In this document: positions 9,536 to 17,043 of the stretch, piece after piece
How the letters are laid out: the number at the start of each line of letters is the position of its first letter
How positions within the stretch are numbered: the stretch's first letter is position 1
DNA from: Bdellovibrionales bacterium
Lineage (GTDB): Bacteria; Bdellovibrionota; Bdellovibrionia; Bdellovibrionales; DASUEL01
DNA length: 27,249 nt
Direction: 5' to 3'
Assembly (NCBI GenBank): GCA_050250255.1
Contig: JBFWOZ010000040.1
Location: 1 to 27,249 of the forward strand
Notes under the pieces: model-generated
What the model saw: the letters and a program-made list of their open reading frames with translations, nothing else
Databases searched by the model: none
Told to the model about the DNA's origin: nothing
Made by a program: the position numbers and the translations under genes

Positions 9536-10759
9536 ATGAACTTTTTGATCGTTCTACTGTCTACGAGTTTGACATTTTTGGTGGCCACACACGCTCGCGC
9601 TGAAATTTGTCGTTACCCCGACAACAAAGTAAAACTCTCGAGTTCCGCCCGATCTGCCTGCCTCAAGAAAATTTCTTTAACAACAGAAATATTCACTTTA
9701 TTGACGCCGCAACAGCTTGCAGACGGTCCAGAAATTTTTAAAGTTAAATCTGAACCCACCTATTGCGAATTTCTTCCTCGTGATTGGTCTGGCGGAGTGA
9801 GCTTAAAGTTTTTCTGTATTCTTACGAACGCACAAGGTTTGTACTACAATACCAAACAAGAAATTGTTCCCGAAGCTAAGAGCTTCAATACAAATGAAGA
9901 ACTTTTAGGTAACAACGGACAAGTATTAACAGATGCCAACGGTAAAAAGATTAAAGGTATACGCTTAAAAGTAAAATACGTTTCCGACGCTGGGACTTTT
10001 CAAGTACAAGAGCGCTTCCGTGAAGTTTTCACAGAAGTGGCTTCAACAAGAATCTTATGGGCCCTTGGCCTATATGCAGATTCTGTTTACCAGGTGGAAA
10101 AGGTCATCTGTAAAGGTTGTGACAAAAATCCCTATGTGATTAAGCAAATGGCTCCCATTGCGGGATCTAACACGTTCCTAAATGCTGGTGTTGAGTATCG
10201 TCTTGAAGGAAAAACAATTGAGCGTGGCCAAGATGAAGGTTGGGGCGTTGAAGAAATGGATGAGAACTACAACCAGTGGTCTGAACAGGGAAAGATCGAT
10301 TATCAATTAGCTCTTGCAGCTCGAAATCTTCTCAATCACCACAACACTCGCGACGCAAAACAGAACACGATCAAATGTCCTAAGGCAGCTCAAAATCCTG
10401 AAACTCTTGAGTGCACAAAGCCCATCGCTCTTTATGATGACGTTGGATCCACTTTTGGAGCACCTGGAAGTTTTGGTGGAGCTCCACGTGGAGAATGGTC
10501 AAAGTTTTCTAAACACCGAGTTTTCGCCAGCGGTTGTACTTTTAAAATTGGTGGAACGGTGAACACTTTGACGAAGGCGGGCCAACAGGAATTTTTAAAG
10601 CGCGCCGTAAATTTATCTCCAGATCATGTTCGTGCTATCGTGCAAAGCGCTCGCTTTGACATTATGGACAGCTCATTCACTGGCGAAAACGCGATTCGCC
10701 AATGGTCTGAGAAAATCAACTCTCTCGTTAACGAAATAAAAACAGCTAACTGCCGATAA
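9536..10759 (+). CDS. Secreted hypothetical protein, possibly an atypical kinase-like fold
   Basis: Signal peptide ending ARA; RBS GAGG. Ordered motifs LKVKY, EVASTRILWALG, NHHNTRDAKQN and DDVGSTFG. Confidence 0.6.
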   Translation: MNFLIVLLSTSLTFLVATHARAEICRYPDNKVKLSSSARSACLKKISLTTEIFTLLTPQQLADGPEIFKVKSEPTYCEFLPRDWSGGVSLKFFCILTNAQGLYYNTKQEIVPEAKSFNTNEELLGNNGQVLTDANGKKIKGIRLKVKYVSDAGTFQVQERFREVFTEVASTRILWALGLYADSVYQVEKVICKGCDKNPYVIKQMAPIAGSNTFLNAGVEYRLEGKTIERGQDEGWGVEEMDENYNQWSEQGKIDYQLALAARNLLNHHNTRDAKQNTIKCPKAAQNPETLECTKPIALYDDVGSTFGAPGSFGGAPRGEWSKFSKHRVFASGCTFKIGGTVNTLTKAGQQEFLKRAVNLSPDHVRAIVQSARFDIMDSSFTGENAIRQWSEKINSLVNEIKTANCR

Positions 10760-10853
10760 TTAAGGCTTCGCTCTCTGGATGTAAGGATGAACTTCATACT
10801 CCAGAGAGAAAGCCTTTGTATATTTGAGTCTTCGATAAATCCAGTAGGTAGAA

Positions 10854-11375
10854 TCAAAAGAGGAGACCAATGCAGAGACCTATTCCTAAAGCCAAAAAAG
10901 TAGTCACAAGTGGCCAAACATGAAATGTGCCGGAAACAACAGATGACGACTCTGGTTGATTAGAAAGCATGGCTCCTTGAGTAAGAATTAACTTTTGGTC
11001 TAGCTGCTGAACACGCGATTCAAGTTCTTGAATATGGGCATTTTGAGTGGTTTTTTCACGCAAAGTCGAAAGCCAAAAACCATTTCCCATGCCTGGGTAT
11101 TTTTCGGTTAACAAGAGATACCACTCAAGAGCTCGATAAATATGCGGTGGAGCATTTGCGCCGGGCTTATTCCATCTGGTCCAGGCCGAAGGGTCTACCA
11201 AAAGGAGCTGACACATTTTACGCCGCGAAAGACCGAGTTGAAACCGCACCTCTTCTAGAGTCCCAATACGTGATTTCGAAACCTGGCCTTCAGCCTCGAA
11301 AATGAAGCGCTCTGAACTCTTCGTTCGCACTTCCTTTTCCAAACCTTCTTTTCGAAATTCTCCTTCAAAGTCCAT
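10854..11375 (-). CDS. XRE-like helix-turn-helix protein with coiled coil and C-terminal transmembrane anchor
   Basis: HTH-like LEEVRFQLGLSRRKMCQLLLVDPSAWTRW; heptad segment IQELESRVQQLDQKL; terminal hydrophobic helix WPLVTTFLALGIGLCIGLLF. Confidence 0.75.
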   Translation of the reverse strand: MDFEGEFRKEGLEKEVRTKSSERFIFEAEGQVSKSRIGTLEEVRFQLGLSRRKMCQLLLVDPSAWTRWNKPGANAPPHIYRALEWYLLLTEKYPGMGNGFWLSTLREKTTQNAHIQELESRVQQLDQKLILTQGAMLSNQPESSSVVSGTFHVWPLVTTFLALGIGLCIGLLF

Positions 11376-11388
11376 CTTTTTACCCTTT

Positions 11389-11415
11389 ATAAATATTGTG
11401 AATCACAATATTTAT
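11389..11415. promoter_or_regulatory. Palindromic operator candidate
   Basis: ATAAATATTGTG-aat-CACAATATTTAT has perfect 12-bp arms and starts 13 bp upstream of the HTH gene start codon. Confidence 0.6.
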
Positions 11416-11691
11416 TTATCTTTTCACAACAAAAATAGTTGTAAATAACAATATGTAGAACTGGACCTTTTCTTTCAAATGCTGGAGTTTCGGGCATTTT
11501 GTTAAAGTATTTTATTAAAAGACCTCCATACCCTTACAAAATGATTTTGCACTGTGACTTATAGTTATAAACTATAGTGTTAAATATTTGATTTAACATA
11601 TTTTTTGCAGATACAATTATCAATAATTCGCTACCTTCTGATTTTTTCGCTTTTCAAAAATTCACAAGCGCGATTGATTTATTGCGTTATC

Positions 11692-11728
11692 AAAAGGTGC
11701 GCCGCTCCTTTTGGTAGCAATATTGCGT
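11692..11728 (+). repeat. Left 37-bp inverted repeat (putative recombination site)
   Basis: AAAAGGTGCGCCGCTCCTTTTGGTAGCAATATTGCGT is the exact reverse complement of 12304-12340. Confidence 0.95.
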
Positions 11729-11745
11729 CAAATTAAGGAGACAGT

Positions 11746-12288
11746 ATGGCTACACAAAGATACGCCTTAAATAAGAACAAATACCTTCTCGAGCCCGAGC
11801 TGGAAAAGCTCGAACAAATTCTTGAACATTTTAAGGCTGAAGATCGACGAAATTGTCTGATGTTGAGTCTAGGTTTAAGAAGCGGGGCTCGGGCTCAGGA
11901 ACTTTTAAATTTACGAATCAGCGATTTGAACTCTCATGACCAATCCGTTTTTATTAGAGGCATTAAAGGCAGTAACGATCGGGAAATCCCGCTTCACTCC
12001 TCGTTCTTTAAGGAACTCCAGCAGTATAACCTTTCCCAGGACTCTAAAGAGTCCAATCCTTTAATTTTCAATATTTCCTACAACCGCTTACGGCAGATTT
12101 GGGACCTTTATAGGCCCGCTCATAAAAAGTTTCACTGTCTACGTCACACCTTCGCCATACGGCTCTATAAGAAGACTAAAGACCTTCGATTGGTTCAGGT
12201 CGCCCTCGGCCACAGAAACATCACCAACACCATGATTTACGCGGATTACGTCTACTCTCAAACAGAATTAAGACGTCTTATTTTGTAA
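11746..12288 (+). CDS. Tyrosine recombinase, FimB/FimE-like catalytic-domain-only invertase
   Basis: Full catalytic set R49 (GARAQE), K74, H130-x-x-R133 (HCLRH), H156 (LGH), Y165. Only 180 aa. The N-terminus KYLLEPELEKL...RRNCLML resembles FimB/FimE. RBS AAGGAG at 11735-11740. Confidence 0.92.
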   Translation: MATQRYALNKNKYLLEPELEKLEQILEHFKAEDRRNCLMLSLGLRSGARAQELLNLRISDLNSHDQSVFIRGIKGSNDREIPLHSSFFKELQQYNLSQDSKESNPLIFNISYNRLRQIWDLYRPAHKKFHCLRHTFAIRLYKKTKDLRLVQVALGHRNITNTMIYADYVYSQTELRRLIL

Positions 12289-12303
12289 GCAAAACTCGAA
12301 ATA

Positions 12304-12340
12304 ACGCAATATTGCTACCAAAAGGAGCGGCGCACCTTTT
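12304..12340 (-). repeat. Right 37-bp inverted repeat (putative recombination site)
   Basis: ACGCAATATTGCTACCAAAAGGAGCGGCGCACCTTTT starts 15 bp after the recombinase stop codon. Confidence 0.95.
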
Positions 12341-12397
12341 AGCGGTTGAGGAAGGGGCGGAGTTGGAATAGATAAAACTCTTCTTGAAGGGGGTTTT

Positions 12398-14293
12398 ATG
12401 CGTTTTTCGCGTGCTGTTTGCGCCGTATTTGCCATCCTTTTCACTTTGAGCTGCACAGACAATAAAGAGCTCCATCAGCAGCTTTCAAAAAATAGCACAA
12501 ATGATTTAACAGCGCCTGCGCCTGTCGAGCCCCGTACTTTTGCGGACAATTGGGAAAAGCAAATCTGGATGAACAAAGTGGCTCAGGATCTCAGATATGG
12601 AATTGGACTATGTCGACGCGATCCTCTTCCTGAATTATTGAAAATGAATTCCTTAGAAATTGTGGATTATTTTTTGAAAGATCCGCTTTTTGCCGAAACT
12701 GTTCTCGACTTCAACATGTATTTCCTTGGATTTAAAGTCGATCAACTTCGCGTAAAAGAAACGCGCGCAGGCTTTACAGATATTTACTACGCACCTCAAG
12801 TTTTTGATACTCCAAGCGCCGTAGCCTCAGCTCAAGAGATTCTTAAAGATGGAAATTATTTAAAACTTTTGGAATACCAACAGCCTCTTTACATGCGACC
12901 GCTCTGGCGCGTGTATCCTGACGAAAAAGGCAATCCGCGCACAAGACAGCAAGTGTTTTCTCAAATGGATTCGGCGCTCGCAAAAGCCATTCAGCTAGGA
13001 GAAGAAGCGACTCCGGATAAAATCAAAATATGTGAGTTTGCTGATCAAATGTTCAATGGATACTACGAAGTCGGTTTTCATAACCTTCTGATCAATCAGA
13101 TCACTCAGTCAGAAAATAATTATATTTATGATTACTTTAAGTATTGCTTCGGAAGAAACTTCCCTCTGGCGAACTTTATTGATTCCATGAAAAAACAGGC
13201 TGCCCTGATGCCAAAAATTTGGGAGCTCATTCAAATACTGGAGCCTGATGCCTATCCAAATCGCACGGTTGCCGATATCAAATCCGTTGATCCGGAAATT
13301 CTCATTGGAAAACCAACATCTATGACCATGTTTCGTAATAACTTCTGGAGGAACTTTCAAAACTCTTCAACAAACATGAATCGCAAACGTGGCGCCTACA
13401 TTTTGAAACAGTTTTTCTGTGATGATCTCACTCCTATTGATATCGTGATTCCTGAAAATCATACTGGTGGCAGACACGGAGACGAACCCAGTTGTTATGC
13501 TTGTCATTACAAGCTAGACCCCATGTCAGGATTTTTTCGTTACAAAGGAGATAAAGGACGGAGCTTCAAAGATTCTTCTTATATTCTTTTTGACGACAGA
13601 GCGGACCGGGACTCGCAGTCTTATTTTGCTCATTGGAAAGCGCCCGCCAATTCGGGGCGCGAATGGAATGTAGGATATGTTCGATCTCTTCAGTTCCCAG
13701 AAAATAACGTTTACGGCGACGATCTGCCCGATCTCTTTCGCTTGATCCAAACGGCTCCTGAAGTAAAAGCTTGTCTTGTAAAAAAAATGTTCCGCTATTT
13801 TGTTTCTGAAAATCAAAATGTGGATCGAGGATATCTACAATTTTTATCAGAAGAATTTATTGAAGGCGCAAAACAAAACTCGAGCCTTGCTTTAAAACAA
13901 ACCATTAGAAGAATTGTACATTCGAACGCTTATTCGCAAAACGATGCTGTGGACACTCAATGTTATGATTACCGACCAGGCGAAAATCCTGCCGGCAAAC
14001 CTCCCTGCAAAGTTTCTTACTTATTGGAAAAACACTGCGCGAGTTGCCATCAGGGAGATTCTGCCGCAAAAGGTCTTGACCTTACAAAGTGGATTAAAAT
14101 CGAGACAGCATGGACATTTCCTCATAAAAAATTGGATGGGACCCAAGAAACACCAAAAGAAACTTTTCGAAAAATCTCCGAACGCCTCGCGACGGCAAAC
14201 CAAAACCTCCGCATGCCCTTAAAAAGATTTATTTCCCCACAAGATCAAGAACAGATCTATCTGTGGATAGAAGAAGTGAGAAGAGCACAATGA
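12398..14293 (+). CDS. Di-heme c-type cytochrome lipoprotein (DUF1588/DUF1585-like region plus planctomycete-type cytochrome c domain)
   Basis: Lipobox TLSC; RKRGAYILKQFFC and SCYACHYKLDP (DUF1588-like); LLEKHCASCH...GLDL...RMP (PSCyt1-like); two CxxCH motifs. Confidence 0.72.
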   Translation: MRFSRAVCAVFAILFTLSCTDNKELHQQLSKNSTNDLTAPAPVEPRTFADNWEKQIWMNKVAQDLRYGIGLCRRDPLPELLKMNSLEIVDYFLKDPLFAETVLDFNMYFLGFKVDQLRVKETRAGFTDIYYAPQVFDTPSAVASAQEILKDGNYLKLLEYQQPLYMRPLWRVYPDEKGNPRTRQQVFSQMDSALAKAIQLGEEATPDKIKICEFADQMFNGYYEVGFHNLLINQITQSENNYIYDYFKYCFGRNFPLANFIDSMKKQAALMPKIWELIQILEPDAYPNRTVADIKSVDPEILIGKPTSMTMFRNNFWRNFQNSSTNMNRKRGAYILKQFFCDDLTPIDIVIPENHTGGRHGDEPSCYACHYKLDPMSGFFRYKGDKGRSFKDSSYILFDDRADRDSQSYFAHWKAPANSGREWNVGYVRSLQFPENNVYGDDLPDLFRLIQTAPEVKACLVKKMFRYFVSENQNVDRGYLQFLSEEFIEGAKQNSSLALKQTIRRIVHSNAYSQNDAVDTQCYDYRPGENPAGKPPCKVSYLLEKHCASCHQGDSAAKGLDLTKWIKIETAWTFPHKKLDGTQETPKETFRKISERLATANQNLRMPLKRFISPQDQEQIYLWIEEVRRAQ

Positions 14294-14856
14294 TTTCACT
14301 CATCAGAATTTTTTGCCCTCTCTTGTTTATAACAATGATTTCGTACACCAGTCAGGGGCAGGGCTTAACGCTCTATAAAGGAATTTCCACTGTTAGTAAA
14401 AATCTCTCGATTCGGATTGGATCTACTCCTGACAGCATCCATCTCAATAGGTACTTAGGCGACGACATCGGTCAGCTTTTAGGCTATTGGGAAGCCGGAA
14501 CCTATAGAAATGGATTACCAAATGCCACTAATTTAATGGTTTGGCATTTAGGTTTTGATAGTTTCATCACTCACCTTCTCACCACCTGTGCTGGCCACAC
14601 TCTTGAGTTTTTAGATCCACAGTACAGAGAATTTCTCTTTTCGTTTTGCAAATGGCCTTCACCAGAAGTGAGAAACGCCGAAGTTCTTGAGAAATTCTGG
14701 ATTCAACATATGGCTTACGATGCTCCTTATTCAGAATTTCTCTCTTGGAAAGCTTTATTTCTTTCTGAAACCTACCAGACGACCTATGCGCCAGATGCTC
14801 TTCGCGACATGTGGTTCGCAATTTTTATTAACCCTCACTTTCTTTTAAAGAAGTAG
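14290..14856 (+). CDS. Hypothetical secreted protein in the cytochrome/DUF1501 operon
   Basis: ATGA overlap with the upstream stop favours start 14290; hydrophobic N-terminus; C-terminal DMWFAIFINPHFLL. Confidence 0.65.
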   Translation: MISLIRIFCPLLFITMISYTSQGQGLTLYKGISTVSKNLSIRIGSTPDSIHLNRYLGDDIGQLLGYWEAGTYRNGLPNATNLMVWHLGFDSFITHLLTTCAGHTLEFLDPQYREFLFSFCKWPSPEVRNAEVLEKFWIQHMAYDAPYSEFLSWKALFLSETYQTTYAPDALRDMWFAIFINPHFLLKK

Positions 14857-14862
14857 GTTCTG

Positions 14863-16242
14863 ATGAATTTAGCAAATCTTCAGCGCCGTGATTTTTTAAA
14901 GTTGGTTCTTGCTGGCGGCAGCCAGTTGCTTTTTCCTATCTCAGGATTTTCTTATGCGAACGCTGCCACCTCCGAACCGCATTTTTTTATTCAGATGATT
15001 CTACTAGGTGGACTCGATATCAATTATCTCTTTGATGCCCGCCCACTTTCCATGACTCAAGCAAATCTCATCCAAAATTACCTCAATGAAGAACCTACCC
15101 CATGGCAAGGTTCAAATGGAGTGAGCACTCTCGCCTCTTCACTCACTCAACCCCTTAAGACTTTTCAAAATGATTTTACTTTGCTCAATGGCGTGTTCAT
15201 GGCTCCCTCATTTGATGGTCATGAACAGAATCTGAATTATCTTTTAACGGGTAACCCATTCGGTGGAGATGGATTCATTCCTCATTTGAATCAAAATAGT
15301 CAGTCACGCCCTATTGACGGGATTCAAGCAGGTAGACTTTATTCTTCACCGACAAATTCAGCGAATATTGTGCCCATGGATTATGCGAGCCTCGTGGGCG
15401 TGGTCGCAAAACTTCAGTCCGGTCAAATCATCAATCAGCAACAACCTATCTGGCGTCACATCACGGAACGTTTTCTTAATTCTAGCGAAGGTACTAACGG
15501 CGGCCGTTTCACTCAGTCTTCACAGCTTTTAGGACGTAGTCTTGGAATTTCTGCAGATTTAGAAAAAACTTTAAAGCAGCTGAAACTCAACGAAGAGACA
15601 AACAAGGACCCTCACTCCTTTTTTCACCTAGCTGGAGCGCTTTTCAAAAGTCACGTGAGTCGATCCGCCATTTACATTCCGGAATTTAAAATACAAATGG
15701 ACTGCCATGATGCGCCATCAGCGAAAAAGCATCCTGCTTTAGTTAAAGAAGTCGTTTCACAAATTATTTCTATGATCCAATATTTAAAGTCCACTCCTTA
15801 CGATGCAACCCGCAGTCTCTACGATGTCACAACATTTATGGTGACCTCAGAATTTGCACGAACCTTGAGACAGCCTAATACGGCGATCGACAACACAGGC
15901 ACAGACCACAATAACCTCACCAACACGGTACTCATGGGCGGTAAAGGCATTCGTACAGGACAAGTCATTGGGGCTTCCGATTTTCAAACAAAAGATTGGG
16001 AAATCTCTAAAGCTCATCTGCAACTGGATTCTTCTAAATTGAAAATCATGGCACAACCTTTTGACTTTACGACTTCAAAAGTTCGCACGGATCTCCCGGA
16101 ATTTTTTGACATGAAAGATTATGTTTCAATAAATTCTGTTGTGAACAGCGTTTACCAACTCTTTGGAGTTTCCAAAACGAAGTATCGTACTAATGATCGC
16201 AGTGGTGCCTCTTCGCCCGTTCTCAGTGCTCTTTTGAAATAA
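14863..16242 (+). CDS. Tat-exported DUF1501 family protein
   Basis: Twin-arginine QRRDFLK; LLGGLD, DCHD, VTSEFARTL, GTDH and GGKGIRTGQVIGASD are typical of DUF1501. Confidence 0.8.
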   Translation: MNLANLQRRDFLKLVLAGGSQLLFPISGFSYANAATSEPHFFIQMILLGGLDINYLFDARPLSMTQANLIQNYLNEEPTPWQGSNGVSTLASSLTQPLKTFQNDFTLLNGVFMAPSFDGHEQNLNYLLTGNPFGGDGFIPHLNQNSQSRPIDGIQAGRLYSSPTNSANIVPMDYASLVGVVAKLQSGQIINQQQPIWRHITERFLNSSEGTNGGRFTQSSQLLGRSLGISADLEKTLKQLKLNEETNKDPHSFFHLAGALFKSHVSRSAIYIPEFKIQMDCHDAPSAKKHPALVKEVVSQIISMIQYLKSTPYDATRSLYDVTTFMVTSEFARTLRQPNTAIDNTGTDHNNLTNTVLMGGKGIRTGQVIGASDFQTKDWEISKAHLQLDSSKLKIMAQPFDFTTSKVRTDLPEFFDMKDYVSINSVVNSVYQLFGVSKTKYRTNDRSGASSPVLSALLK

Positions 16243-16271
16243 TGAAACACTAATATAGGGTCAATGAGGCT

Positions 16272-16859
16272 TTAAGAATTTAGTTGTTTCGATGCGCCCG
16301 TTACGATCAAAGACGCAGTGACTGTCTTAATAAGATCACCTGGTATAAATGGAATAAATCCCGCCGAGAATAACATCTCACTAGGAATAAAAAAAGAAAG
16401 TCCTGCTAATCCAAAACCAAAAACGCAAACGCTAGAAACCACTCCAAGTCCTAAACAGCTCAAGAATGTTTTCGCATAACCACAATCCGCCAAAGTTCCC
16501 ACAACAAAAGAAGAAACGAGCATTCCAAGGAGATATCCCATCGTCGGTCCAATCGCGAGACCCGCTTGCCCCATCGCGAATACTGGCAAACCAATTGCTC
16601 CCACCCCCAAATACGAAATCACCGTCGCCGTCGCCATACGTCGACCTAAAAGAAGTGTCACAAGAAAAACTCCAAAAGTTTGGCCCGTGATGGGTACAGG
16701 AGTAAATGGAAGTCGAATTGTGACTTGCGCTAGAAGCGAAAGGAGACCAACACCTAATAGAACGGTGCCAAGTTGACTTCTGGTACGTGTCCCAACTTTA
16801 CTCTGATTCATGAGTTGCGGGATAAGAGCGCGACTTTGAAGAGTTGCTGAAATAGACAC
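16272..16859 (-). CDS. bioY: Biotin transporter BioY
   Basis: LPFTPVPITGQTF, GAIGLPVFA, GPTMGYLLG and PFIPGDLIK motifs. Probable GTG start at 16859 behind GGAGG. Confidence 0.93.
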   Translation of the reverse strand: MSISATLQSRALIPQLMNQSKVGTRTRSQLGTVLLGVGLLSLLAQVTIRLPFTPVPITGQTFGVFLVTLLLGRRMATATVISYLGVGAIGLPVFAMGQAGLAIGPTMGYLLGMLVSSFVVGTLADCGYAKTFLSCLGLGVVSSVCVFGFGLAGLSFFIPSEMLFSAGFIPFIPGDLIKTVTASLIVTGASKQLNS

Positions 16860-16982
16860 GGGAACCTCCGAATATTTTAAATACATAAAATAACTAATAT
16901 TTCTTCATATGGTGATCAATAAAAAAACTCATTTCAATCAAAAACTAAATTTCTTATTTTTTAATATCCAAACAGTTTTTTT

Positions 16983-16998
16983 TGGTGTGGAGTTTGCA
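16983..16998 (+). promoter_or_regulatory. Putative sigma54 (-24/-12) promoter
   Basis: TGGTGTGGAGTTTGCA has GG-N10-GC spacing and TTGCA, 45 bp upstream of ATG 17044, after an AT-rich tract. Confidence 0.5.
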
Positions 16999-17043
16999 AT
17001 CGATCATTGAAATCAGTTTAACAACAATTCCTAGGGGGAATTC

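Larger units (their letters stand above)
11692..12340. mobile_element. Candidate invertible segment containing only its own recombinase gene
   Basis: Perfect 37-bp inverted repeats enclose 575 bp (11729-12303) made of an RBS, a FimB-like ORF and 15 bp. Inversion itself is inferred. Confidence 0.65.

Noticed and set aside
11558..11618. dif-like site (TAGTGTTAAAT and ATTTAACATAT resemble the XerD arm TTATGTTAAAT)
   Set aside because: There is no XerC arm at the 6-bp spacing on either strand; the two arms face each other as a simple dyad. The adjacent enzyme lacks the N-terminal domain of XerC/D.
11692..12340. Classical IS with terminal inverted repeats
   Set aside because: The enzyme is a tyrosine recombinase, not a DDE or HUH transposase, and no target-site duplication flanks the repeats (GTTATC on the left, AGCGGT on the right).
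11680..12350. Integron interpretation (TAAC...GTT around the bulged hairpin at 12302-12347 looks loosely attC-like)
   Set aside because: The recombinase is only 180 aa and lacks the IntI-specific insertion. The hairpin is shorter than typical attC sites, the copies are inverted rather than direct, and there is no cassette array.
12268..12475. Short minus-strand ORFs across the right repeat
   Set aside because: They overlap two well-supported plus-strand genes and the repeat, and show no protein motifs.
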